Source of the DNA: Candidatus Izemoplasmatales bacterium
GTDB taxonomy: Bacteria > Bacillota_I > Bacilli_A > Izemoplasmatales > Hujiaoplasmataceae
DNA: 64,000 nucleotides
Direction of reading: 5' to 3'
NCBI GenBank assembly: GCA_050949045.1
Contig: JBMNEZ010000001.1
Span: forward strand, 608,001-672,000
The notes beneath the pieces were generated by a model that searched no databases, was not told the origin of the DNA, and saw only the letters and a list, made by a program, of their open reading frames with translations. The position numbers and the translations under genes are program-made. This document shows, piece by piece, positions 18,188 through 27,817 of the stretch; position 1 is the stretch's first letter, and each line of letters begins with the position of its first letter.

Positions 18188-19828
18188 ATGAAAAAAATTT
18201 GGTATCACGATGGTGTGGTATACCAGATATACCCTCGCAGTTTCGCCGATTCCAACAACGACGGGATCGGTGATTTACAAGGCATTATTGCGAAGATCCC
18301 CTATCTGAAGTCACTCGGGATAACGATCGTTTGGTTATCACCGATCTATGTCTCTCCAAACGATGACAACGGCTACGATATCGCCGACTACCGAAATATC
18401 CAACCTGAGTTCGGGACCCTGGACGACTTCAAAAAACTGCTTGAAAAACTGCACGATGCGGGGATCAAACTAATCATGGACCTCGTCGTCAACCACACCT
18501 CCGATGAACATCCGTGGTTTGTGGCTTCCGTGAAGGGCGATCCCAAGTACAAGGACTATTACCACTGGCAGAAAAAGAAGAACAACTGGACGTCGTTTTT
18601 TGGTGGCGAAGCCTGGACCTTCCATCCCGAAAGAGGCGAGTATTACCTCCATTTGTTTTCGAAGAAGCAGCCAGATTTAAACTGGGATAATCCCCATGTT
18701 AGGGAAGAGGTGAAAAATATTTGTCGTTACTGGCTTGACATGGGTGTCGACGGTTTCCGTTGCGATGTCATCAACATTATCGCCAAAGCAGACAGCCTTC
18801 CCCGAGCGAAGCCCCAGATCATCTTGGCGGGCAGGGAACACTACCTAAACAACCCCAAAATTCACGGCTATTTGCAAGAACTCCGCGATGAAGTCTTCAC
18901 CAAGTACGACTGTTTCACTGTCGGCGAAACCGTCTTGATCACCCCTAAACAGGCCCTTGACTACATCGACACCAATGTCCGTGAACTTGACATGGTTTTC
19001 CAATTCGAACACATGGGCGCCGACAATTACTTCGTCAAATGGTTCATGAAAAAGTTCAGGCCGATCAATTTGAAGAAGCCGCTTGCCAAATGGCAGAACC
19101 AGATCGCCGAGCGCGGCTGGAACACATTGTACCTTGAGAATCACGACCAGCCGCGCAGTGTTTCGCGTTTTGGCAGTCTTGACTATTACCATGAATCCGC
19201 AAAGATGCTGGCAACGATGCTCTATTTTCAGAAAGGTACCCCCTTCATCTATCAAGGGCAGGAGATCGGTATGCTCAACGCCTCTTTCCCCAACCTTGAT
19301 GACTATCAGGACATCGAAACCCATAACATTTACGCCACCGGCCGCAAACTCGGATTGACCCATCGCCGGATGATGAAGAAAATCATGATGATGTCACGCG
19401 ACAATGCTCGCACGCCAATGCAGTGGGACGCTTCTGAAAATGCCGGTTTTTCCAAACATGTCCCCTGGCTCAAAGTCAATCCCAATTATCAAAAAATCAA
19501 TGTTTCAGCCAATCTCACTGATCCTGATTCGATTCTCAACTATTATCGGAAGCTGATTTCGCTCAGAAAAAAACATCCCGTCATCGTCAATGGCGACTAC
19601 CAGGATATTGCGTTTAAGCATCGCCGTCTTTATGCTTACAAGCGTACGCAGGGCGATGAAACCTTGTATGTATTCTGCAATTTTTCGCCTAAAAATCTTA
19701 GACATCGCACCGTCAATCAGTTCTCGCTCTATGAACCTTTGCTTACAAATTATCCTCATCAGACCGGCCTTGACTACCTGAGGCCTTATGAAGCCCGCGT
19801 GTATCTTATAAAAAATAAGCCCTCTTAG
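18188..19828 (+). CDS. GH13 alpha-glucosidase / oligo-1,6-glucosidase
   Basis: YQIYPRSF, DLVVNHTSDEH, QPDLNW, DGFRCDVI, ENHDQPR; AGGAGG before ATG 18188. Confidence 0.93.
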   Translation: MKKIWYHDGVVYQIYPRSFADSNNDGIGDLQGIIAKIPYLKSLGITIVWLSPIYVSPNDDNGYDIADYRNIQPEFGTLDDFKKLLEKLHDAGIKLIMDLVVNHTSDEHPWFVASVKGDPKYKDYYHWQKKKNNWTSFFGGEAWTFHPERGEYYLHLFSKKQPDLNWDNPHVREEVKNICRYWLDMGVDGFRCDVINIIAKADSLPRAKPQIILAGREHYLNNPKIHGYLQELRDEVFTKYDCFTVGETVLITPKQALDYIDTNVRELDMVFQFEHMGADNYFVKWFMKKFRPINLKKPLAKWQNQIAERGWNTLYLENHDQPRSVSRFGSLDYYHESAKMLATMLYFQKGTPFIYQGQEIGMLNASFPNLDDYQDIETHNIYATGRKLGLTHRRMMKKIMMMSRDNARTPMQWDASENAGFSKHVPWLKVNPNYQKINVSANLTDPDSILNYYRKLISLRKKHPVIVNGDYQDIAFKHRRLYAYKRTQGDETLYVFCNFSPKNLRHRTVNQFSLYEPLLTNYPHQTGLDYLRPYEARVYLIKNKPS

Positions 19829-19834
19829 GAAGGC

Positions 19835-20782
19835 TTATTTCATTTGTTTCATCACTGACTTCTTGATCGTGAAGTACTTACAGACGAGTTCGAAAATGCG
19901 CTTTTCCAACCCGGGTTTGTCGACGACGTAACCCTGGGCATGTTCAGCATTCTCGATCGGATACAACTCTTTGAAAGGCGCTTTCGAAGCTTCGACCAAA
20001 GTGGTCCCCATCGAAAAGGGGATTATGGAATCGGCGGTGCCGTGATAGATAAAGAGCGGTATCCTTCCCTTTACCACAGCTTTGAGGGGACTGACGGACG
20101 AAAGCAGGAAACGGTGATTGTAATAGGTGAACAGATTGATGCCGGGGAGAAAAAGAAGTAGGATTCTAGGTTTTATGTTGTGTATCAACATTTTTGTCAG
20201 AGTCGTGAAACCGCAGTCGGCGACGATCAGTTTCACGTTTTCAGGGATGTTGGTCGTCTGAGACAACATCACCATTGCCGCTCCAAGAGATACCCCATGT
20301 AATAGGATCTTGTCGGTGCTTCCATAGGTTCTGAGAGCAAAATGGATCCATTTTTTCAAATCTTGTTTTTCATAATGCCCGAAAGTCGTGAAATCACCCT
20401 CGCTCTCGCCATGGCCTCTGAGATTGACAAGCAGGACTTTGAAGCCCATATCGTTATACATCTTACCGATGACGATCATGTCAGAAGCCTGCGACTGGTA
20501 GCCGTGGAGGACAATCGCTGTCTGGGTCGATTTTTCATCGTAACTCGGCAAGAAGACGCCAGTCAGTTTCACTCCGTCATAGCCCCTAATCGAGACCTCC
20601 TCTTTCGGTGAGCGATCATACCAGTCCTTGCTTGGCTGAAAGAAAGGCAAAGTATGGTCAACGAAGGGAACGCTCTTGTAATGCTTACGCAGAAACAACC
20701 GTGAATATAGCACGTCAGCGCAAACCAAATAAACGATAAGAATAGAGCCAATGACGATCAAAACAATCCATTCCGGTTTCAT
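19835..20782 (-). CDS. membrane-anchored alpha/beta hydrolase (YqkD-like)
   Basis: N-terminal TM, LHGY, RGHGESEG, HGVSLGA nucleophile elbow, HGTAD, AEH. Confidence 0.85.
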   Translation of the reverse strand: MKPEWIVLIVIGSILIVYLVCADVLYSRLFLRKHYKSVPFVDHTLPFFQPSKDWYDRSPKEEVSIRGYDGVKLTGVFLPSYDEKSTQTAIVLHGYQSQASDMIVIGKMYNDMGFKVLLVNLRGHGESEGDFTTFGHYEKQDLKKWIHFALRTYGSTDKILLHGVSLGAAMVMLSQTTNIPENVKLIVADCGFTTLTKMLIHNIKPRILLLFLPGINLFTYYNHRFLLSSVSPLKAVVKGRIPLFIYHGTADSIIPFSMGTTLVEASKAPFKELYPIENAEHAQGYVVDKPGLEKRIFELVCKYFTIKKSVMKQMK

Positions 20783-20912
20783 AACATCCTCCTTTTTGTA
20801 TTTTACCACATAGTGATCCCGATTAAAACAATTGGCTGGGAATAATTAATGCCCACCAAGGAAAACAGCATAATAATAGGATAAAATGGCGGTTTTGGCG
20901 GGTATAATTTTG

Positions 20913-20941
20913 TTGACTTATCCGGTGTGATAATATATAAT
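20913..20941 (+). promoter_or_regulatory. sigma-A promoter of rplU-rpmA
   Basis: TTGACT-17 nt-TATAAT. Confidence 0.8.
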
Positions 20942-20947
20942 ATCACC

Positions 20948-21020
20948 GTATGTGAAACGCATACCGCTCAGAAACGGTCGCAAACCCCTCCCTGAGAGGG
21001 TACCCCGATGGCGAGTCTTA
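20948..21020 (+). promoter_or_regulatory. L21 leader (ribosomal protein leader RNA)
   Basis: Lies between the promoter and rplU; hairpins ACCG/CGGT and CCCTC/GAGGG; ends in conserved GGCGAGTCT. Confidence 0.7.
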
Positions 21021-21041
21021 ATCAATGAGGAGGTGCAAACC

Positions 21042-21350
21042 ATGTACGCAGTGATCGAAACCGGCGGCAAGCAACTGAAAGTTGAAGTCGGCCAGGAAAT
21101 CTATGTTGAAAAGCTTGAAGTTGAAGCAGAACAGTCTTATGTTTTTGACAAAGTGTTGATGATCGGCGGAGAAAAAACCAAGATCGGCAAACCATATGTT
21201 AAAGGCGCAACCGTCACAGCCACAGTCAATAAGCACGGTAAGGATAAGAAAGTCATCGTCTTCAAGTACAAGCCTAAGAAGCACTACCACCGCAAGAGCG
21301 GTCATCGTCAGCCCTACACGAAACTGACAATCACTGAAATCAACGCTTAA
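21042..21350 (+). CDS. rplU: 50S ribosomal protein L21
   Basis: [35 protein letters not shown]. Confidence 0.98.
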   Translation: MYAVIETGGKQLKVEVGQEIYVEKLEVEAEQSYVFDKVLMIGGEKTKIGKPYVKGATVTATVNKHGKDKKVIVFKYKPKKHYHRKSGHRQPYTKLTITEINA

Positions 21351-21375
21351 ACAATCAATTTGGAGGTAACTAGAG

Positions 21376-21663
21376 ATGGTATTACATCTGGACATAATGG
21401 TCTGCACGGCTTCAAAAAAAGGTGTCGGCTCGACCAAAAACGGTCGCGACTCAGCCGGAAGGCGCCTCGGCGCCAAACTGGCAGATGGCCAATTCTGCAC
21501 TGCAGGTTCAATCATCTACCGGCAGAGGGGAACGAAGATCCACCCCGGTGAAAACGTCGGAAAAGGCAAAGATGACACCTTGTTTGCCATGATCGACGGG
21601 ATCGTCAGATTCGAACGTTTTGGCAAAGACAGAAAACAAGCATCCGTATACAGTCAAAATTAA
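21376..21663 (+). CDS. rpmA: 50S ribosomal protein L27 with N-terminal extension
   Basis: [38 protein letters not shown] before ATG 21376. Confidence 0.97.
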   Translation: MVLHLDIMVCTASKKGVGSTKNGRDSAGRRLGAKLADGQFCTAGSIIYRQRGTKIHPGENVGKGKDDTLFAMIDGIVRFERFGKDRKQASVYSQN

Positions 21664-21774
21664 AAAAACAGGATTTCCCTGTTTTTTTCTTTATCTACCT
21701 CTGCCTAACCTTATGTATTGTTCTTGAATATTGGCGAAAAGTAATATATAATTCACCATGTGGAGGTCGATATC

Positions 21775-22941
21775 ATGGAGAAACAGATCAAAGAACTCTT
21801 TGAACGCAAGTTCGGGATTGATTCCAAGACCAGGTATTTTTTCTCTCCCGGGAGGATTAACCTCATCGGTGAGCATATCGATTACAATGGCGGCCATGTC
21901 TTACCTGCGGCCATCGGCCTAGGCAACTATGCCGGCGTCAGGCTCACCGACACGAAGACCATCAGACTCTATTCTCATAATTTCCAGTATGCGGGCATCA
22001 TCGAGGTCCCGCTTGCCAAGTTGGAATATGCTTCCGAACATGGCTGGGCAAATTATGTCAAAGGCATCATAAAGGAATTGATCGACAGAAAATATTTGCT
22101 TTTTACCGGATTCGATATCGCCATTTACGGCGATCTTCCCACCGGCGCCGGTCTATCGAGCAGCGCCTCCATTGAACTCTTGATCGCCTATATGATGAAC
22201 AGCCTCTTTGATCTTGGCATCAACAGGACCGATCTGGCACTGTTGTCAAAAAAAGTCGAAAACGATTACCTAAACGTCAAGTGCGGGATCATGGATCAGT
22301 TCGTGATCGCCAACGGCAAAAAGGGTCATGCGATCCTCCTTGACACAAATTCGCTCGCCTACACCTATGTTCCACTACATCTTGATGGTTACGATATCGT
22401 CATCTGCAATTCCATAGTCCGGCGCGGCCTCTCCGATTCGAAGTACAACCGCCGACGGGAAGAATGCGATATCGCGCTTAAAATCCTCCAACAAAAAATC
22501 CCGGCCAAAAATCTTTGCGAAATCGCTTTACCGGATTTCACGCGTCACATGCATCTGATCAAAGACCCCACGATCCTCAAGCGGGCGAAACATGTGATAA
22601 CCGAGAATCAGCGGACGCTTAATTCCAATCGACTCCTAATCGAGAATGACATCATCTCCTTTGGCGAGATGCTGCTGGAATCCCACTATTCACTCCGAAA
22701 TGATTATGAAGTGTCGTGCGACGAACTTGATACTCTTGTCGAACTCGCAACCAATCACGGCAGTATCGGCTCACGGATGACCGGCGCCGGGTTTGGCGGA
22801 TGCACCATCAATATCGTCCCTTCGGCACTCTTCGCCAAATTCAAGGAAAACGTCGCCAAGGGGTATCAAAAAAAATACGGTCTCGAACCGGATATTCTGA
22901 TCGTCAATCCCGAGGATGGCACCAGGGAGATCCTCAGATGA
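21775..22941 (+). CDS. galK: galactokinase
   Basis: SPGRINLIGEHIDYNGG, GAGLSSSAS, CGIMDQF, RMTGAGFGGC. Confidence 0.96.
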   Translation: MEKQIKELFERKFGIDSKTRYFFSPGRINLIGEHIDYNGGHVLPAAIGLGNYAGVRLTDTKTIRLYSHNFQYAGIIEVPLAKLEYASEHGWANYVKGIIKELIDRKYLLFTGFDIAIYGDLPTGAGLSSSASIELLIAYMMNSLFDLGINRTDLALLSKKVENDYLNVKCGIMDQFVIANGKKGHAILLDTNSLAYTYVPLHLDGYDIVICNSIVRRGLSDSKYNRRREECDIALKILQQKIPAKNLCEIALPDFTRHMHLIKDPTILKRAKHVITENQRTLNSNRLLIENDIISFGEMLLESHYSLRNDYEVSCDELDTLVELATNHGSIGSRMTGAGFGGCTINIVPSALFAKFKENVAKGYQKKYGLEPDILIVNPEDGTREILR

Positions 22942-23417
22942 TCCGCCCTGGCAGGCAGGATGATCTCGATGAAATCCAGATACTGGCCCAAGCAGTCGTC
23001 CAAAATCTAAAGGACAATCACATCGATCAATGGTCCAGATGGTATCCCAACAAAGCCGATTTCGCAAAGGACGTCTCGTGCGGCGCGCTCTTTGTCGCGG
23101 AGATTTCCGGCAAGATCGTCGGTACGATCACAGTCCTTCCGGAAAACGAGAAGTACTATCATGAGGTCGAATGGGAGTTGCAGAATGCCTTTGTCATCCA
23201 TCGGGTGATGGTCTCTCCCGCCTATCACCGCCAGGGTATCGGCACTGCGCTTTTCAACTATGCGATCGCATATGCGATCCATAACCATCAAAAAGCGCTG
23301 AAAGTTGACACCCATCCGGATAATTTCCGGATGCAAAACTTGATCATTTCCCTCGGGTTCAAATACAAAGGCTATCTCCCTTCGATCAATAGACAAGCAT
23401 ACGAACTCATCTTTTGA
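22938..23417 (+). CDS. GNAT family N-acetyltransferase
   Basis: IDQW..YP, HRVMVSPAYHRQGIG, VDTHPDN; ATGA overlap with galK. Confidence 0.85.
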   Translation: MIRPGRQDDLDEIQILAQAVVQNLKDNHIDQWSRWYPNKADFAKDVSCGALFVAEISGKIVGTITVLPENEKYYHEVEWELQNAFVIHRVMVSPAYHRQGIGTALFNYAIAYAIHNHQKALKVDTHPDNFRMQNLIISLGFKYKGYLPSINRQAYELIF

Positions 23418-23438
23418 AATCAAAGAATTGGAGAAACC

Positions 23439-24722
23439 ATGTTCATAGACGAAGTCAGAGTCACAGTCGAATCAGGAAAAGGCGGCGATGGCATCATCGC
23501 TTTTAGGCGCGAGAAGCATGTCCCCTTGGGCGGCCCTTCCGGAGGCGACGGCGGACGGGGAGGAAGCGTCATTTTCGAAGCTGATGAAGGACTCTCGACT
23601 CTCTATGATCTACGATATCGCCGGCATATCCGAGCGAAGGCCGGTGAAAACGGCAAACCCAAATTAATGCGCGGAGCCGACGGCGAGGATGTCATCATCA
23701 AAGTGCCCATCGGCACCGTTATTTTTGAAGCCAATCATAACATACCACTCGCCGATCTTGTGAAGCATAAGGATCAAAGCGTCATCGCCAGGGGAGGAGC
23801 GGGAGGCAGAGGGAATGCCGCTTTCGCCTCGGCGAAAAACAAAGCTCCGCGCTTCCAAGAAAACGGCGAGCCGAGTCAGACAATCGAACTCCGGATCGAA
23901 CTAAAGTTGTTGGCCGATGTCGGCATCATCGGCTTTCCAAGTGTTGGAAAATCAACGCTTATCAGCGCCTGTTCCAAAGCAAAGCCGAAGATCGCTCCCT
24001 ATCCCTTCACGACGATTGTCCCCAATCTTGGCGTTGTCGATTTCCCGCCGATACCACCTTTTGTGCTAGCGGACATGCCGGGAATCATTGAGGGCGCCTC
24101 CCAAGGCCGCGGCCTTGGGCTTGAGTTTTTGAAGCATATCGAAAGAACCCGCGTCCTCATTCATATGATCGATATGTCGCCCGAAAGCGGACGTGATCCC
24201 TATCAAGACTATCTAGCGATCAATGCCGAACTGGAAGCATACAAATACCAACTTATAAAAAGACCGCAAATCATTGCGGCCAACAAGATTGACCAAGAAG
24301 GATCAGAAGAACGCTTACGCGATTTGAAGCACAGACTTCCGTCATCTCTGACAGTAATCCCCATCAGCGCCAAAAATCGTCACAACATCAAAGAATTGAT
24401 CGCAAAAACAGCTGAATTATTAATGGAAACACCTCCTTTCCCGTTTCTTATCAAAACAAACGAAAATGAGGTGGTACACTATGTATACGAGCCAAAAGAA
24501 AAGGAGATATTTGTCACCAAAGAAGCGGACTCATTGTATTTGGTGTCGGGAAAAGACATCGAGGCTCTCTACAAACGGTCAAATTTTCTCACTGACGAAG
24601 CTGTTTCACGATTTTTACTTCAACTGAGCAAACTTGGAGTTAATGAGATGTTAAGGCAAAAAGGGGCCAAATCTGGCGATATTGTTCGTGTATTTGATGA
24701 CGAATTCGAATTTCAAGACTAG
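23439..24722 (+). CDS. obgE: GTPase Obg/CgtA
   Basis: Gly-rich Obg fold, GFPSVGKST, PFTT, DMPG, NKID, C-terminal OCT domain. Confidence 0.97.
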   Translation: MFIDEVRVTVESGKGGDGIIAFRREKHVPLGGPSGGDGGRGGSVIFEADEGLSTLYDLRYRRHIRAKAGENGKPKLMRGADGEDVIIKVPIGTVIFEANHNIPLADLVKHKDQSVIARGGAGGRGNAAFASAKNKAPRFQENGEPSQTIELRIELKLLADVGIIGFPSVGKSTLISACSKAKPKIAPYPFTTIVPNLGVVDFPPIPPFVLADMPGIIEGASQGRGLGLEFLKHIERTRVLIHMIDMSPESGRDPYQDYLAINAELEAYKYQLIKRPQIIAANKIDQEGSEERLRDLKHRLPSSLTVIPISAKNRHNIKELIAKTAELLMETPPFPFLIKTNENEVVHYVYEPKEKEIFVTKEADSLYLVSGKDIEALYKRSNFLTDEAVSRFLLQLSKLGVNEMLRQKGAKSGDIVRVFDDEFEFQD

Positions 24723-24910
24723 AAAACGCCTGCATCAAGAACTGAATATTTCAAAATAAAATATGATGTAAATGTGTTTTAAAAACGATATAAAGAAGTA
24801 AATACCTTGCGAATAATATGGTAGCAATGTGATGTTATTATGTAGGGTTGTATTTTAAAAAAAATCATCATATCGGCTACAAACGGCCGAGTTTAGCGGA
24901 GGAAATATAA

Positions 24911-25465
24911 ATGTATAACTACATGAAGGGCATAATAACGGCTATTAAAGCAGACTACATTGCCCTAGAAATCAACAATATTGGATACCGAATTATCGCT
25001 CCAAATCCATATCGCTTTGTGGTCGGCCAAGAAGTTATTCTCTATCTTTACCAGCGAGTGGCAGAAGATGAGCTTTCCCTTTATGGATTTCCGTCCGCCG
25101 ATGAACGGGATTTGTTCGTGAAGCTGATCAGTGTGAACGGCATCGGCCCAAAAAGTGCGAAAGCTATTCTCGCTGCCGGAGATGTTTCCTCCATATCAAA
25201 CGCGATTGAAACCGGAAACGCAAAATACCTGATGAAATTCCCCGGAATCGGCCCGAAGGCAAGCCAACAGATCATTCTAGACCTTAAAGGAAAAATCGCC
25301 TTTGATGACAATATCTCTCGTACCGATTCAATCAGTGAAGTCGATGAAGCCTTACAAGCGCTTGGATATAACCAGAAAGAGGTCAAAAAAGTCCTCAGCA
25401 AACTCGACCACTCCAAGCCTTCCAATGAACTGATCAAAGATGCATTAAGGCTCATGTTGAAATAA
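24911..25465 (+). CDS. ruvA: Holliday junction branch migration protein RuvA
   Basis: LYGF..ERDLF..LISVNGIGPKSA, FPGIGPKASQQIILDLKGK, ALQALGY. Confidence 0.95.
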   Translation: MYNYMKGIITAIKADYIALEINNIGYRIIAPNPYRFVVGQEVILYLYQRVAEDELSLYGFPSADERDLFVKLISVNGIGPKSAKAILAAGDVSSISNAIETGNAKYLMKFPGIGPKASQQIILDLKGKIAFDDNISRTDSISEVDEALQALGYNQKEVKKVLSKLDHSKPSNELIKDALRLMLK

Positions 25466-25488
25466 AAAACGCCATCGGCGTTTTTTTT
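25464..25488. terminator. bidirectional terminator between ruvA and asparaginase
   Basis: AAAAAACGCC-ATC-GGCGTTTTTT. Confidence 0.8.
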
Positions 25489-25500
25489 CTGAAAAAACCA

Positions 25501-26484
25501 CTATATGACAAACACATTTCTGATGGCATCCAAATCATCGCCATATTTCGCAAGAGACACCATCAATAGCAGCCTAGCTTTCTGTCCGTTGAGATTAGTC
25601 GCAAAGATGCAACCCATATTCGAGAGATCCTTCCCGCCACCTGGATAACCATAGGTATCGACAGCCCTTCCCGATGGACAGCGTGAGGTTATCACTATTG
25701 GAATTGAACGCGCCAGCGCTCTTTTGATACCATCGAGCATCATCGGCGGTACATTACCTCTGCCAAGGGCTTCGATGACAATCCCTTTTGCGTGCAGACT
25801 GTTCACAGCGTAATCAATCATCTGCCCATCAGATCCGGAACAAACCTTGATCAAAAAAACCTCCTCGACTAAATGATCGACTTCAAATACCTCACGGGAA
25901 TAGTTTACAGAACGGTAGAAGATAACTTGTTTATTATCAATGATGCCAAGGGGACCATAATCGATGGATTTAAAAGTATCTAGCGATAAAGTGTTTGTCT
26001 TGGTCACCTCGCTGGCTGCGTTGATTTGATCATTAAAGACGACAAGGACACCCTTATCAAAAGCATCTGAAGAAAGACAAACAAGAATTGAAGAGACAAG
26101 ATTATTAATCCCATCGAAACCTAGTTCAGTACTGGACTTCATCGACCCTGTCACGACGACAGGCTTTTTTGTGTCTATGACAGTATCCAAAAAGAAAGCG
26201 GTCTCTTCAAGTGTATCGGTACCATGAACTACAACGATTCCGGTAACATCCTCACGTGAAACGAGTTGCTTGATCATTATTGAAATTTCGAGCATCATCG
26301 ACGGTGTAATTGACGGAGAAGGAACAGTAGCATACTCAATCATCTCGAGATCACAATCATGGAAAGACTGCAAGAGCAAACTCATAATATCATTGCCAGA
26401 TAAAGCGAGAACAACCGAACGATTGGAATCATCGACTTTCATAGAGATCGTACCGCCGGTGAAGATTAAGTAGATTTTAGCCAA
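25501..26484 (-). CDS. L-asparaginase
   Basis: FTGGTISM, HGTDTLEETA, VTGSM, GRGNVP; start TTG 26484 or GTG 26493. Confidence 0.92.
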   Translation of the reverse strand: MAKIYLIFTGGTISMKVDDSNRSVVLALSGNDIMSLLLQSFHDCDLEMIEYATVPSPSITPSMMLEISIMIKQLVSREDVTGIVVVHGTDTLEETAFFLDTVIDTKKPVVVTGSMKSSTELGFDGINNLVSSILVCLSSDAFDKGVLVVFNDQINAASEVTKTNTLSLDTFKSIDYGPLGIIDNKQVIFYRSVNYSREVFEVDHLVEEVFLIKVCSGSDGQMIDYAVNSLHAKGIVIEALGRGNVPPMMLDGIKRALARSIPIVITSRCPSGRAVDTYGYPGGGKDLSNMGCIFATNLNGQKARLLLMVSLAKYGDDLDAIRNVFVI

Positions 26485-26705
26485 AAAAATCACCCTACCA
26501 TTTCCATGATAATTTGATTATATCATATAACAACGAAAACCATCACTAGTCGAAATCGAATTTTGGGGTGTTTGTCATGATGTTTTGAAAGAGAAAATCG
26601 ACCACAGGCATTTTCAACGGCCGTGGTTGCAGAATAAGAACCTAGTTCCAAATCAACATTATCAACAAGCAAGTCATTAACCGCGCCGTTTAGGTAATAT
26701 AAAGT

Positions 26706-26733
26706 TGTTATCATAATATATATTATAGGAAGT
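26706..26733 (-). other. dif: dif site (Xer chromosome dimer resolution)
   Basis: Minus strand ACTTCCTATAA-TATATA-TTATGATAACA vs Firmicutes-type ACTTCCTATAA-TATATA-TTATGTAAACT; intergenic, close to the gene-orientation switch. Confidence 0.85.
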
Positions 26734-27016
26734 TATTTGAGTTCGATTGAATTTGTGAATTAATCCACAAAACTTACCTCTGCGAAATAATTGATACGAT
26801 TATCTCAGAAGGGTAAACTGTTTCTCTTGGCTTAATCATATTCTTTTATCGCCAATGAAACGATAGTTTTCACCATTCTGCTTGTTTTTAATGTTTTTCA
26901 TTTTTTCTTCAAAAAATCGCCGAAATTTTGCTTTTTTTTGATAAGGACAGTACTAATGGTCTCATAAACAGTTAAAAACGCACCAATAAAAGATTCGAAT
27001 AAATTAAAAAACATCG

Positions 27017-27817
27017 TCATTTACGACGATGCTTTCGAATATCTATGGCTTCTTCTACTTCTATTCCCAACTGCCTCGCAAATTCGTAAGCCTCAACAAC
27101 TGCTTGGTCATACACCTGCGAAGGGTCGTGGGCATCAGATGAAATAATCACTTTCGGTTTATGTTTTTTGACCAGTTGCCAAAACTCAAGACGAGGATAC
27201 AGATATCTGATTCCGCTCTTTGTAAGACGCTTGCCTTTTCTGATCCCATTGACATTGATTTCAAGAGGGATCTTGTTTTTGACCGCCTCGACGATCAATC
27301 TCTCACACTCGTTCATTATTGTTTGATCGAGCGACAAAAAATTATAGAGCATGAGATCGGGATGACATATGAACTGAAAATACTTTGTCTCCATTGCCTT
27401 GACTAAGGTATCGACGTATACTCTGACATGCTCTTGAGTCAATAACCGGTAACAACTGCGAAGTCCTCGGAATGAATCAGCGTCAGGGATGTAGTGTTGT
27501 CCAAGTGCCAGATAATCTAGTTGATCAAGATATTGTTCATACAAAGAATGGTATTGTGGAAAGTATTCGATCTCGAGCGCCTTGTAGACGATGATTTCGT
27601 TTTTGTAATTCTCAATCGCGTCATCACATTCTTTAAGATATGTTTCCAAATCTTCAGGGTCCATCCTGACGCTTCGATCCATCAATTCCCTAAAAGGCGC
27701 ATGGTCGGACATACCCAGAGAGGCAAATCCCATTCTGATCGCCTCCTCCACGTATTCTTTCACACTTCCATTGGCGTGGCGACATAAATACATGTGGGTA
27801 TGATAGTTGTTCTTCAT
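27017..27817 (-). CDS. PHP-family phosphatase (histidinol-phosphatase HisJ-like)
   Basis: NYHTHMYLCRHA, SDHAP, GQH, HPDL, SSDAH; TGATG coupling to nadB. Confidence 0.85.
   Translation of the reverse strand: MKNNYHTHMYLCRHANGSVKEYVEEAIRMGFASLGMSDHAPFRELMDRSVRMDPEDLETYLKECDDAIENYKNEIIVYKALEIEYFPQYHSLYEQYLDQLDYLALGQHYIPDADSFRGLRSCYRLLTQEHVRVYVDTLVKAMETKYFQFICHPDLMLYNFLSLDQTIMNECERLIVEAVKNKIPLEINVNGIRKGKRLTKSGIRYLYPRLEFWQLVKKHKPKVIISSDAHDPSQVYDQAVVEAYEFARQLGIEVEEAIDIRKHRRK

Noticed and set aside
24723..24910. Possible LexA (GAAC-N4-GTTC) box upstream of ruvA
   Set aside because: No convincing match found upstream of ruvA, rarA or recU
26659..26769. DnaA-box-like 9-mers (TTATCAACA, TAATCCACA) in an AT-rich gap, suggesting oriC
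   Set aside because: Only two imperfect boxes, no dnaA/dnaN, genes converge rather than diverge, and a dif site lies between them
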